Virus record (IMG/VR): IMGVR_UViG_3300021978_000001 | Coordinates: 32,001-96,000 of that record | Strand: one strand, 5' to 3' | Origin: a virus | Lineage: Duplodnaviria; Caudoviricetes | DNA: 64,000 nucleotides | In this document: piece by piece, positions 1-9,153 of the stretch | How positions within the stretch are numbered: the first letter of the stretch is position 1 | Layout of the letters: each line of letters starts with the position of its first letter | The notes under the pieces: generated by a model | What the model was told of the DNA's origin: nothing | Databases searched by the model: none | Seen by the model: only the letters and a program-made list of their open reading frames with translations | Made by a program: the position numbers and the translations under genes

Positions 1-7
1 CGGCGCC

Positions 8-3000
8 GTGAGCGGTGTTGCGGTCGCGACCCTCGAAGTGGTCCGCGCCGAAGACCTGGACATCGTGGTGACGGCCCCCACGGGCTTGCGCGTGCGTCGT
101 CGCTCCAATGCGGTCGAGCTTGTCTGGGCACAGAACCAGGAACCCGCCGTGCTCGGGTACCATGTCTACGCTGCAACCGAGGCGGGCGGCGGGGAGGTCG
201 GATACTCCAGGCTCAACCGAGATCTGATCACCGAAGCGGCTTTCTCGGAAGACGCGCTCGTCGATGTCGAGTCCTCGGTGCTCACCTACAACAGCCAGGG
301 TGCATCGTTGCGTGTGCTCTTGACGGATGAAGACTTCGATGATGTCGCGCTCCAGACCGTGGGGAACTTCACGCTGGATACCGCGATTGCCGCGTCTCCT
401 CTCCAGGTCACGACGTCGGTGCAGAGCGTGCGCACCACAACCTATTCCAACTTCATCCATAATCGCCAGGCGACCGAGGCCGAAGGGACCATCAACAATG
501 AACTCTTCGTCGCGACCCCTGATGATGAGCCGCTCTTTTACGTGATCACAGCAGTGGCGTATGATGCCGTGACCAACCAACAGATCGAGAGCATCTACAG
601 CTCGGAGCTTGTGGGGCAACCCCTCGTCATCACCACACAGCTCACCGAGGTTCAACCTCGCACGCGCGAAGAGATCGTGCGTGAGTATCTCGATACCCTT
701 GTCACGAAGCAAAACAACCTGTCTGCCATCCCGGGTGGGGTCACGCGTGATGTGCATATCGACCCTCCTGCCAGTGAAGCAGAGCGGTTGCACTTTATCG
801 CGGACTTCGTGCGCCGGTCACGTTCGTTCGCGACCCTCGTGGCGATTGATGACCTCGATGGTGATGGGGTCACCGATCCTGTCAACTCGTACAAGCTCGC
901 GATGCAAGCTGCGTTCGGTTTCGAGAACCTAAGCGATGTCCAGCTCTTGATCGACGATGCCTTCGATGCCCTCGCGGGGAACGTGGACCGCCCGAGGAAA
1001 GGTCAGACACAGGCGACAGGACAGGCCGTCTTCTATACATCGACCGAGCCTACGACCGATCGCGTGGTCGAAGTGGGTACGGTCATCTCGACGCAAGGGT
1101 CACCCTCGGTGACGTTCGAGACCACAGCGCGCGCGGTGATCCCCTTTGCAGACCGTGCGAGCTATTACAACCTCTCGACCAGGCGTTACGAGATCACGGT
1201 ACCTATTCGTGCCTTGAACGCGGGCGCCAGCGGGAACGTCGCGGCAGGGCAAATCACCACCGTGATCGGGACAGGCACGAGCCTCCAGGTGATCAACCAG
1301 GAAGCGACGCGGTTTGGCGCGGATCAGGAAGACAACATCTCTCTTGCCGAGCGTGGCATCCTCGCGTTCTCCTCGGTCGATGCAGGGACAGGCCCCGGTT
1401 ACCTCTCGACCGCGCTCGAACAGGTGGGTGTGTTCCGCGCGCTCGTGCAGAAAGCGCGCGATCCCTTCATGGTGCGCGATTGGGATGAAGTCCGCATGAA
1501 GCAGATCGGCGGGAAGGTCGATGTCTGGGTCCAGGGGTCGGACTTGCGCCAGGTCACCGAGAGCTTCGCGCTCTCTTTCGACGTAGCAAGGGACATCCAG
1601 TTTGTCCTCGACTCCAACCCTGCGGATCTCATCTTCGTGACCAATGACCCACGCATCACACCGTCTTCCCCGATCACGGAGATCCTCGGGTCTACCGCGC
1701 TCCAGGTCTCTCAAGGCTTTGGTTTCCGCAACGCCACGACAGGGCAGGACTTCGACGTCACGGGCGCCACGATCCTCGGGTTCAACCGCATCCAACTCGA
1801 TAACGGGATCGCACAGCCCGCGCTCGCGGTCAATGACCTGGTACTCGGGGATGTGCGTTATCAGTCTGGCTCGCTCTATGCGCCCTTGCAACAGCCCATC
1901 TTCTCGGTCACATCCCTACGCTCTACCACAGGGAACGTGGCCTTGACCGAAGGTGTACAGTACACACTGGTGCAATCGCAAGATCCCTTGCTCGAAGGGT
2001 ACTCGACGCGTGCGCAAGATAGCGTGCGCATCACCCCCTCGGGCGGCATTCCTGCGGGAGACCAGACCGTGGTCAATGATGAGCGTCAGGTGCTCGTGGG
2101 GCAGACACCGATCCCGCTCGACAACCTCGGGGTCAACGGGCTTACCGTGCGTGTCTTTAACCTTGCGCGCACCGTGGAGTATGCAGGACCATCGAGCGCG
2201 AACCCGGACTTCCTTGTCGTGCAAGGAGATGAGACGACGCCAACCACGGTTCAACGCACCTCGACAGGGAACATCACCAATGGCGAAGAGGTCTCGGTCG
2301 ATTATCTTCATGACGAGAACTTCGAGATCAACTACACGGTCAACAACCTCCCCTCGACCGTCCAGGCTGCGATTGATGTTCAGAGTCACGTGACCGCTGA
2401 CGTCCTGGTCAAACAAGCGATCATGAATGAGATCGACTTCGAGATGACGGTGGTGCTCTCTCCGAGCGTCTCGCGAGCGCAGGTGGACGCGCGCATCCGT
2501 ACAGGGCTCTCTCAGCTCCTCAACTCCAAGGGCATCGGGGAGGGCATCTATCAATCGGATGTGGTCCGTGTGATCGAAAACACCGCAGGCGTGCTGTACG
2601 TGGTCGTACCGTTTGCGAAAATGGCAGTCGCAGATGATGCCCTCATCTTGAGGGAGACCCTGAACCCGGTGACCACGTTCCTCGAAGGGCGCGGCGCGAT
2701 CAAGGCGTATGTATTCTCGGACGCGCTCGACTACGCGACCCAGGATGGTGGTGGCCCTGCCGATACCCCTGTAGGCGTTTTCTTGAACACCCAGGCCATC
2801 ACGCTTGTCTCGACCTACAATGAACTGTTCAACACGTCCCCGAGCGCGCTGATTGTCGGGAGGCTCGGGCGCACGATTCCGGGATACAGCGATGATGTGA
2901 CCTTGACCGCGCAGGGGTTCAACACGAGCGCAGAACGTGAGGCAGAGCGCTTGCGCTTGACCGCCAATCGCGTCTTCGTGGGCTTCCCGGATGGTTCGGT

Positions 3001-3124
3001 GCCTGATGATGAGATGTGGAACGTCACGTACCTGGCGCAGGGGGATGAGGGCAGCAAGTCCGTGGTCCCCAGCCCCGTCACGTATGTTGAACTCGGGCAG
3101 CTCTCGATCACGTATCAGCAATAA
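8..3124 (+). CDS. Baseplate J-like (wedge) protein, long form with N-terminal Fn3-like segment
   Basis: Baseplate-J-type segment (ATGQAVFY...GTVIST...FETT...VPIRALNAGASGNVAAGQIT...GADQEDNISLAER) and C-terminal VVRVIENTAGVLYV; adjacent to a P2 gpI-like gene. The start is at the window edge and may be upstream. Confidence 0.8.
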   Translation: MSGVAVATLEVVRAEDLDIVVTAPTGLRVRRRSNAVELVWAQNQEPAVLGYHVYAATEAGGGEVGYSRLNRDLITEAAFSEDALVDVESSVLTYNSQGASLRVLLTDEDFDDVALQTVGNFTLDTAIAASPLQVTTSVQSVRTTTYSNFIHNRQATEAEGTINNELFVATPDDEPLFYVITAVAYDAVTNQQIESIYSSELVGQPLVITTQLTEVQPRTREEIVREYLDTLVTKQNNLSAIPGGVTRDVHIDPPASEAERLHFIADFVRRSRSFATLVAIDDLDGDGVTDPVNSYKLAMQAAFGFENLSDVQLLIDDAFDALAGNVDRPRKGQTQATGQAVFYTSTEPTTDRVVEVGTVISTQGSPSVTFETTARAVIPFADRASYYNLSTRRYEITVPIRALNAGASGNVAAGQITTVIGTGTSLQVINQEATRFGADQEDNISLAERGILAFSSVDAGTGPGYLSTALEQVGVFRALVQKARDPFMVRDWDEVRMKQIGGKVDVWVQGSDLRQVTESFALSFDVARDIQFVLDSNPADLIFVTNDPRITPSSPITEILGSTALQVSQGFGFRNATTGQDFDVTGATILGFNRIQLDNGIAQPALAVNDLVLGDVRYQSGSLYAPLQQPIFSVTSLRSTTGNVALTEGVQYTLVQSQDPLLEGYSTRAQDSVRITPSGGIPAGDQTVVNDERQVLVGQTPIPLDNLGVNGLTVRVFNLARTVEYAGPSSANPDFLVVQGDETTPTTVQRTSTGNITNGEEVSVDYLHDENFEINYTVNNLPSTVQAAIDVQSHVTADVLVKQAIMNEIDFEMTVVLSPSVSRAQVDARIRTGLSQLLNSKGIGEGIYQSDVVRVIENTAGVLYVVVPFAKMAVADDALILRETLNPVTTFLEGRGAIKAYVFSDALDYATQDGGGPADTPVGVFLNTQAITLVSTYNELFNTSPSALIVGRLGRTIPGYSDDVTLTAQGFNTSAEREAERLRLTANRVFVGFPDGSVPDDEMWNVTYLAQGDEGSKSVVPSPVTYVELGQLSITYQQ

Positions 3125-3147
3125 ACACCAGCACGAAGAGAGAGAAG

Positions 3148-4854
3148 ATGCCCAACAGCTTTCAAGGCGGTCGTCAATTCCCCCTTCCCTTGAACGAGGA
3201 AGGCAAGGGTTACGAGAACCAGCTCGCCGCGCGCGAGCGTGGGATCACGTCTGCCTTGCTCAACCTGTTGCCCTCGAACTATGAATCCACGGTCGTGGGT
3301 CCAAACTACACGTTGTACCTCAAGGCGTTTGCCAAGGAACTCGCGCGCATCACGATGGTCCTCGAACGCGTCGCGGAGGGCATGAGCTTCGAGCGTGTGC
3401 CGAGTGATTTCTTGTGGGAGACGGTGGGCTACCTCGTGTTTGTCAACGGCAAACTCCCCGAGCTGGGTTTCGATGATGAGAGTTTTCGCGAGTTTCTCCT
3501 CACGGTGATCCAGATCTACTTCCAGGGCTCGACGCCGGAAGCCATCGCGCAGGGCATCGCGCTGTTTACGGACACCACGTTCACCGTCCGCGAGCTTTAC
3601 CAGGACGCGAGGCAGCCTGGCTCGGTGTATGACATCTCGGATCAGTTCGGGTTCGCGATCGACTTCGAGCTACAGGGGCAATTCCCCACAAACCCTTTCG
3701 ACCTCGACGCGAACACCAGGCTCTTGCTCGAACTCATCCGACCCGCGCACACGCTCTATCAGCTCAGGTATGTCTTCACCGAGGACATCGGAGAGCTTGT
3801 GGACAACATCACCGATACGGTGAGCTATGATCTGCGCCTCTACCATTATGAAGAGACACGCAAGTATTGCGCGGGGCTAAGAGGCTTCGAGTCCACGACG
3901 GGGTTGATCGAGACCCCGGACCTGAGCTTGATCACAGACACCGACGCGACAAAGCCGATCACGAGCCCCAACCAGGGCGCGCGCTTGACGGTCTTTTCTG
4001 GTGTGAACACGGGTATCTATGAAGTCGTGGGTGCGGTGGGGGATGCGCTCCAGGTCTATCCACCCTTCAAGCAAGCTGAAGAGAACGTCGCGTACAAGGT
4101 CGAGATCGACCGCTACGGTCACAAGAAAGAGGTGTTCGTTACTGGGGAGACCCCGAAGACCTCCATTCAGCTCGACCGCTTTACCGTGGACGCAGGAGGC
4201 CCGTATACCGTCGCAGAGTTCAACAACCTCCTCCTTACTGCTACTGTGTCGGGGGAAGCAGGCGCGGTCACGTACACATGGGACCTTGACGGGGATAACG
4301 TCTTCGGGGATGCCACAGGCAGCGCGCCCACGTTCGCAGCCAAGAATGGTCCCGATGAGCAAACCGTGGTCGTCAAGGCGACAGACAGCCTCGGGCGGGT
4401 CTCCAAAGCGTTCGCATTGATCACGATCGAAGACGATGGCCAGGTGCAAGGTTACGGGACAGGTACAGGGAATGCGAACCCCACGACCTCGGTCTTCGGG
4501 GTGGCGTCTGCGTCCTCCTCGGGATCGGCTACCGTCGTCGCACAGAAGATCAAATTCGCGTCAGCGACCGCGAGCAGCACAGGCAACGGTACCGTTGGTA
4601 GCACCAAGAGTGTGTCCAGCACGGTCACCGGCGCAGGCGCAGGCACAGGCACCTCATCCCCTGCACTCAACGCAGCGGGAAGCGTTGCTTCCACGGGAGC
4701 AGGCTCGGGTAGCGCGACAGGTGTTCGCGTGCGGCCAGGAGCATCCTCGGGGGCAGGAACGGGCTCGGGTAGCGCCGCTCCCAACACCACGGCATCCGGG
4801 GGCGCGAGTGGCTCCGGTAGCGGCTCCGGTAGCGCGAGCGGCACGGGACCATAA
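3148..4854 (+). CDS. Baseplate wedge / P2 gpI-like (DUF2313-like) protein with PKD-like domain and Gly/Ser/Ala/Thr-rich C-terminal tail
   Basis: Follows the J-like gene; ...YFQGSTPEAIAQGIALFT...LLELIRPAHTLY pattern; PKD-like VTYTWDLDGDNVFGDA; low-complexity GSGSG/ASG tail. Confidence 0.65.
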   Translation: MPNSFQGGRQFPLPLNEEGKGYENQLAARERGITSALLNLLPSNYESTVVGPNYTLYLKAFAKELARITMVLERVAEGMSFERVPSDFLWETVGYLVFVNGKLPELGFDDESFREFLLTVIQIYFQGSTPEAIAQGIALFTDTTFTVRELYQDARQPGSVYDISDQFGFAIDFELQGQFPTNPFDLDANTRLLLELIRPAHTLYQLRYVFTEDIGELVDNITDTVSYDLRLYHYEETRKYCAGLRGFESTTGLIETPDLSLITDTDATKPITSPNQGARLTVFSGVNTGIYEVVGAVGDALQVYPPFKQAEENVAYKVEIDRYGHKKEVFVTGETPKTSIQLDRFTVDAGGPYTVAEFNNLLLTATVSGEAGAVTYTWDLDGDNVFGDATGSAPTFAAKNGPDEQTVVVKATDSLGRVSKAFALITIEDDGQVQGYGTGTGNANPTTSVFGVASASSSGSATVVAQKIKFASATASSTGNGTVGSTKSVSSTVTGAGAGTGTSSPALNAAGSVASTGAGSGSATGVRVRPGASSGAGTGSGSAAPNTTASGGASGSGSGSGSASGTGP

Positions 4855-4858
4855 AGTC

Positions 4859-4887
4859 TTTACAGCGCATGCACCTTGTGGTAGCAA
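4859..4887 (+). promoter_or_regulatory. Repeated early-type (sigma70-like) promoter
   Basis: TTTACA-17 nt ending TTGTGG-TAGCAA, followed by GAGG; same pattern as 9 other copies. Confidence 0.7.
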
Positions 4888-4924
4888 GAGGAGAACGTTT
4901 CTCCTAACACCCAAGGGATAAGAC

Positions 4925-5488
4925 ATGACCACGCCACTCCTTAACCGCCTCATGACGTTTCCATCTCCTACACAGATGCTCCAGGTGTATACGGGCACCG
5001 AAAAGCCTGAACCGTACACGATCTGGTTCAAGGCGTCCCCACGTGATGAGCCTTTCGATTCGTTTCTCTTCGCTCTCAGCGACACCTTTGACGGCGCGAA
5101 CAAGCCCGTCCCCGTGCGCGTGAAGATGGATGCGGCGCGTTTTATCAAACGCGCGAGAGCCTACCAGAGCTTCCTCAAGAAAGAAGCGCGAGAAGAGCTT
5201 GATGCGGGCCTCGAAGTGACCACGCTTATGGAAGCCACACGCATTCTCGCGACCTATCACGAGATGGTGACCTTCCCCACCGAGAGCCAGGAGCCCATGC
5301 GATGTGCCTATATCCACCTCGTGCATTATATCATGCCCGAAGGCGTGGAGAACCCCACGCCGTTCGCGCTGCGTGTGGAGGTCGTGCACGGTGATGAGAG
5401 CGCACCCTGTGATTGTTGGGACATCGCCATGTCCGAGAAGGACCTCGACTCCCTCCTGGACGTCATCGCACCGCAAGGTGACGCATGA
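4925..5488 (+). CDS. Hypothetical protein (187 aa)
   Basis: ORF just downstream of the repeated promoter; ATGA overlap with the next ORF. Confidence 0.7.
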   Translation: MTTPLLNRLMTFPSPTQMLQVYTGTEKPEPYTIWFKASPRDEPFDSFLFALSDTFDGANKPVPVRVKMDAARFIKRARAYQSFLKKEAREELDAGLEVTTLMEATRILATYHEMVTFPTESQEPMRCAYIHLVHYIMPEGVENPTPFALRVEVVHGDESAPCDCWDIAMSEKDLDSLLDVIAPQGDA

Positions 5489-5943
5489 GCCTTGAAGGAC
5501 GATTGCTGTGTGTCCTCGAAGGCGTCGAGCACCCAGACGAGCAATATTGGCTTGAGTTGTGGTACCAGCCTCCCAATCGCTTCCATCTCCTGACCAGGGG
5601 CCATGAAGGGTATGAGGTGCTCTGGCGCTTCGATCTCGATCTGCACGTGTTCCTGTCCAACCTGGAGCGGGCACTCCTGACCATGCACGTGGGGTCGAGG
5701 TTCAAGTTTCTCTCAGCCCGAGAGCAGGTCCGTGTGAGCAAAAGAGACGCATGGCAGGTACAACGCGATACGTGTTGTGATGGTATCACCCTCCATGCCC
5801 GACGAGACCCGAGCTTTCCCTATCTCCTCTTCTTTGACTTCTACCAGAAGCGCACACGCGTTGATGTTGGCCTGGAGATGTACGTGAAGCGGGAAGCCTT
5901 GTGGGAGATGATCAACCACATCAATGGATTGGCGGGTACATAA
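5485..5943 (+). CDS. Hypothetical protein (152 aa)
   Basis: ATGA-coupled to the previous ORF; protein-like composition. Confidence 0.65.
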   Translation: MSLEGRLLCVLEGVEHPDEQYWLELWYQPPNRFHLLTRGHEGYEVLWRFDLDLHVFLSNLERALLTMHVGSRFKFLSAREQVRVSKRDAWQVQRDTCCDGITLHARRDPSFPYLLFFDFYQKRTRVDVGLEMYVKREALWEMINHINGLAGT

Positions 5944-5955
5944 TGTTCTTGTAAG
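5941..5955 (+). promoter_or_regulatory. Putative late promoter TAAT-N3-CTTGTAAG
   Basis: TAATGTTCTTGTAAG upstream of a structural gene; exact-pattern copies at 10560 (+) and 53677 (-). Confidence 0.55.
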
Positions 5956-6010
5956 TGGTGGGGGTGGTAGCTTCGAGAGCATCCACCCCTTTACTTCGAG
6001 AGCAAACACC

Positions 6011-6394
6011 ATGAGTGACCTGAGCGATTATCTGGAAGCCGCGCTGCTCGATCACGCGTTCCGCAATACACCTTATAGTGCACCCGCGACGGTGTACCTG
6101 GCGCTCTACACGACAGATCCCGCAGATGATAACTCGGGCACTGAGGTCGCGGGCGCGGGGTATGCACGTCAAGCGGTGACCTTCGATCGTACCCTGAACA
6201 CGATCACGAACAACATCGCCGTGAGCTACACGGCGACGGGGGGCAACTACGGCACCGTGACACACATCGGTGTCCTCGATGCGCTCGCAGCGGGTAACCT
6301 GATGTTCCGCGCGGCCTTGACGACCCCCAAGACCATCGAGGATGGGGATACGTTGACGTTCGCGATCGGAGACATTGACTTCACGCTTGATTGA
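6011..6394 (+). CDS. Small virion structural / tail-fibre-associated protein (mycobacteriophage Gp80-like family)
   Basis: MSDLSDYLEAALLDHAFRNTPYSAPATVYLALYTTDP...GTEVAGAGYARQAVTF...THIGVLDALAAGNLMF...TIEDGDTLTFAIGDIDFTLD is the typical pattern of this family; start reassigned from 5924 to ATG 6011. Confidence 0.8.
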   Translation: MSDLSDYLEAALLDHAFRNTPYSAPATVYLALYTTDPADDNSGTEVAGAGYARQAVTFDRTLNTITNNIAVSYTATGGNYGTVTHIGVLDALAAGNLMFRAALTTPKTIEDGDTLTFAIGDIDFTLD

Positions 6395-6425
6395 GCATCA
6401 AGCCCTGGATACACAAGGAACTGTC

Positions 6426-7514
6426 ATGAATAGAAGAGCACTCGCACAACGTGTCGCGTTTACCTATGGTTGCAACCGAGGGTTTTACGCGCCCATGCAA
6501 ACACGAGAAGCACACCTCATGGTGCTCTCGCGCATGGTGTTTGCCAAGGCCAAAGAACTCAAGGCGCTCGACTACACGATCGGCCTCGTAAGGCGTTACC
6601 CCGACAAGCTCGACAACAAGTATCCTGATATGCGCCCCAAGCTCATCGAGCTGCGTCAGGCTGTCCAGAACGGCTTCTCGATGAAGACCTTGCTCGACAA
6701 CCAGGAGATCTTGAGTCGCCTGGGATCACGCCTCTCGCGTGAGATTGTGGAGACCGATGGTGAGTTCGGGGAGTTCTTCCCCAAGCTCAAGAGCTTCCTT
6801 GGAGACTTCGAGGACAGTACCGAGGCGTACCTCAAGAGCTTGCGTGGTGATTACGAGCAGATGATCGCCAAGGCACTCGGGGTATCGGTTTCTGATCTCT
6901 TGCGTGGTGGGCGTATCCCGATGGATAAGATCGAAGACGCTTATCAAGTGATGTTCGATGACCTGGACGCGCACTTCAAGGACATCATGGCTACCATCAA
7001 GCGCGTGGGCGCAGAAGCAGGAGGGGGCTTCAAGATCAAGGGGCGCCTCAAGGCTCCTGGATCTGTGGCGGGAAAGATCCGCGAGCGCCTCGCACGTGGC
7101 GAGGCGACTGCGCTCGACTTCCTGGACTTCAGTGATCTCGTAGGAACACGCGTGATTGCGAAGGACCTCCAGGGTGTCCTCGCCGCCATGAGTCACATCG
7201 AAAAGACCTTCAAGGGGAAGGTCCTTCGCAAGCGAAACTACTACCTCGTGGCCAACAACCGCAACCCTTACCAGGGTGTCAACTACATCATCGCGCTCGG
7301 GCCATACATGGTCGAGCTTCAGGTGTCTGCGGAGCTGGACCGCATCGCGGCCAACCTCATGCACGATTTGACCTACTCTGATGAGAAGGCTTTCGTGAAG
7401 CTCAATGATGAGCAGAAATCCCTGATCGCGCTGGTGATTGATCTGTTGACGCAGCTCTCTTTCCGAGAATGGCAACAGATCATCTCACCCACGCTTGCCG
7501 AGTTCTCGGTCTAG
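6426..7514 (+). CDS. RelA/SpoT-family small alarmone synthetase (SAS)-like nucleotidyltransferase with long N-terminal helical region
   Basis: Synthetase motifs in order: GRLKAPGSVAGK (RxKxxxSxxxK), DLVGTRVI (DxxGxR), PYQGVNY (GYxSxH position), VELQV (ExQ), LMHDLTY (EHxxxY). RBS AAGGAA before ATG 6426. Confidence 0.75.
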   Translation: MNRRALAQRVAFTYGCNRGFYAPMQTREAHLMVLSRMVFAKAKELKALDYTIGLVRRYPDKLDNKYPDMRPKLIELRQAVQNGFSMKTLLDNQEILSRLGSRLSREIVETDGEFGEFFPKLKSFLGDFEDSTEAYLKSLRGDYEQMIAKALGVSVSDLLRGGRIPMDKIEDAYQVMFDDLDAHFKDIMATIKRVGAEAGGGFKIKGRLKAPGSVAGKIRERLARGEATALDFLDFSDLVGTRVIAKDLQGVLAAMSHIEKTFKGKVLRKRNYYLVANNRNPYQGVNYIIALGPYMVELQVSAELDRIAANLMHDLTYSDEKAFVKLNDEQKSLIALVIDLLTQLSFREWQQIISPTLAEFSV

Positions 7515-7720
7515 TCCTCGACCTCGACCACCATCACACCGCGCCTCGATCGCCCGACCCGGACCTTATCCCCGGGTCGGGTTTTTTCTGGGAACGCCTC
7601 TGCGTTGAAGCGCTCCTCTCCCTCCTCGAAACGCACGACCACGAAGGTCTCCCACTCGGTCTTCTCTTTCTCCACACGCACGACCTCTCCTGGTCGCATC
7701 TTCACTTCTTCGGCAGTCAT
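7511..7720 (-). CDS. Small hypothetical beta-rich (OB/SH3-like) protein, 69 aa
   Basis: Strong RBS AAGGAGG; downstream of the repeated promoter at 7779-7807. Confidence 0.7.
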   Translation of the reverse strand: MTAEEVKMRPGEVVRVEKEKTEWETFVVVRFEEGEERFNAEAFPEKTRPGDKVRVGRSRRGVMVVEVED

Positions 7721-7778
7721 GGCATACCTCCTTGCTTTGCGGTTTCATGACAATGCCCCGCGCTCGCGGGTACATGTA

Positions 7779-7807
7779 CTGGTACCACAAGCCGGGGCAG
7801 GTGTAAA
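7779..7807 (-). promoter_or_regulatory. Repeated early-type promoter
   Basis: Minus strand TTTACA-N17 (ending TTGTGG)-TACCAG. Confidence 0.7.
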
Positions 7808-7824
7808 AGTTATTCGAGCCTTTT

Positions 7825-8253
7825 TCAGTAATCCCATTCGATGGTGTAGCCCATCTTGAAGTACGACAGGAACCGAAACGCGGTCTTGCGCATCTCACCG
7901 CGCTTCATACTAGCGGCGTACTGCTCTGCACTCAAACCAAGCGAGGGACAGCGCCTCGTGATGAGGCGGGCCTGATCCATGGTCTGAGCCATCTCCCTCC
8001 CCTTGCTCCACTGCTGGTCAGCAGCCTCCCAGTAGTCATACGTGAACACCCCGTCATCCCCCCTGTCCAGGTCTTCGATGAGCGCCAGCAAGGCGCTCGC
8101 AGCCTGCTCGGGTTGCTCGCACTTGTCGAGCCTGGGGTAACCCACATCTTCCGTGGCCATCAAGATGTTCCCTCGACACCGAGCGAACGAGGAGATCGGC
8201 TCTGATGCTTCAGGCATCCCCTCTGGTGCGATAACTTCGATTCCAACTCCCAT
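7825..8253 (-). CDS. Hypothetical protein (142 aa)
   Basis: Starts 3 nt after the stop of the DUF4942-like gene, with an AGAGG RBS. Confidence 0.7.
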   Translation of the reverse strand: MGVGIEVIAPEGMPEASEPISSFARCRGNILMATEDVGYPRLDKCEQPEQAASALLALIEDLDRGDDGVFTYDYWEAADQQWSKGREMAQTMDQARLITRRCPSLGLSAEQYAASMKRGEMRKTAFRFLSYFKMGYTIEWDY

Positions 8254-8256
8254 GTC

Positions 8257-9075
8257 TTACCTCTCTTTTTCGGCCACGAGTTCTTTCTCGTGGTGCTTGT
8301 TGAGGATCAGGTTGATGGTATCCACCAGCTCTTGATCCTTGAATGTGATGTGCATGTTTCCGTTCTTGTACCACTTGAACGCGAAGTAGTCTGACTCCCC
8401 CTCACCCTGGCACGAGCCATACCCGCCACGTTCCTTGCGTGCGGTCTTGATGGCTCCGATGAGTCCACCATAGCGTTCAGGCGCGGGCTTACCGTCCACC
8501 ACATGAAAGATGCGGTCGAGGTCGCGCACCTCTTCCTCATGCCAGTAGGAAATGCCCGAGGACTCCATCACTCCCGTGAGGATGATCTTGTTGCCAAACC
8601 CGAACCCTTCATTGGTGCGGTAGTTGCTGGACAACCCCTTGTAGCGGTCATACACGCTTTGCTCGAACATGTCACCTGCGCGCGCAGCGAGGTCGAGCAT
8701 GGTCGCGGTGATGTTTTCGAGGGTGACTTCGGGTGGCTCCCGGTCGATTTGTCGATAGAACGCATCGGAGGTCTTCGCGTTGAACGCATCCCCGAGAGGG
8801 GTCGCGTTGAGCAGGTTCCACCATACGCGCTTGTCCAGCTCTCTCCTGGCGCGGTCCCCGAAGGACGTGTAGAACGACTTGCCTCCCCCGATGTATTGGA
8901 GTGTATTCATCGAGAAGGTGGAGTGCGTCGAGGAGAACGTCGCTTTCTTGCACTCCTCGTTTGCTTTCTGCACGAGTTCGTGCGCCTCTTCGAGGTATTT
9001 GAGCGCGCGATCACGCGCCTCGACCACCTCACGGATCGTACTCTTGGGGACCAGCTCTGTATGTTCGATCTTCAC
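8257..9075 (-). CDS. DUF4942-like domain protein (stand-alone)
   Basis: YRTNEGFGFGNKIIL...VRDLDRIFHVVDGK...ESDYFAFKWYKNGNMHITFKD matches the recalled DUF4942 C-terminal signature. Confidence 0.7.
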   Translation of the reverse strand: MKIEHTELVPKSTIREVVEARDRALKYLEEAHELVQKANEECKKATFSSTHSTFSMNTLQYIGGGKSFYTSFGDRARRELDKRVWWNLLNATPLGDAFNAKTSDAFYRQIDREPPEVTLENITATMLDLAARAGDMFEQSVYDRYKGLSSNYRTNEGFGFGNKIILTGVMESSGISYWHEEEVRDLDRIFHVVDGKPAPERYGGLIGAIKTARKERGGYGSCQGEGESDYFAFKWYKNGNMHITFKDQELVDTINLILNKHHEKELVAEKER

Positions 9076-9120
9076 GGTATCCTCTCTTTTGATCTCCGGG
9101 ACTCTTCCAGGAACAAGAAA

Positions 9121-9149
9121 GGTATACCATAAAGGAAAGGCACCGTAAA
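9121..9149 (-). promoter_or_regulatory. Repeated early-type promoter
   Basis: Minus strand TTTACG-N17 (ending TTATGG)-TATACC. Confidence 0.65.
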
Positions 9150-9153
9150 GGCT

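Noticed and set aside
8-4854. Extracellular contractile injection system or tailocin instead of a phage
   Set aside because: The window also has a DNA polymerase, helicases, a primase domain and early cassettes, which fits a replicating phage.
6426-7720. SAS plus the 69-aa ORF as a toxin-antitoxin pair
   Set aside because: The genes are convergent, use different promoter classes, and the small protein resembles no antitoxin I recognise; not excluded but unsupported.
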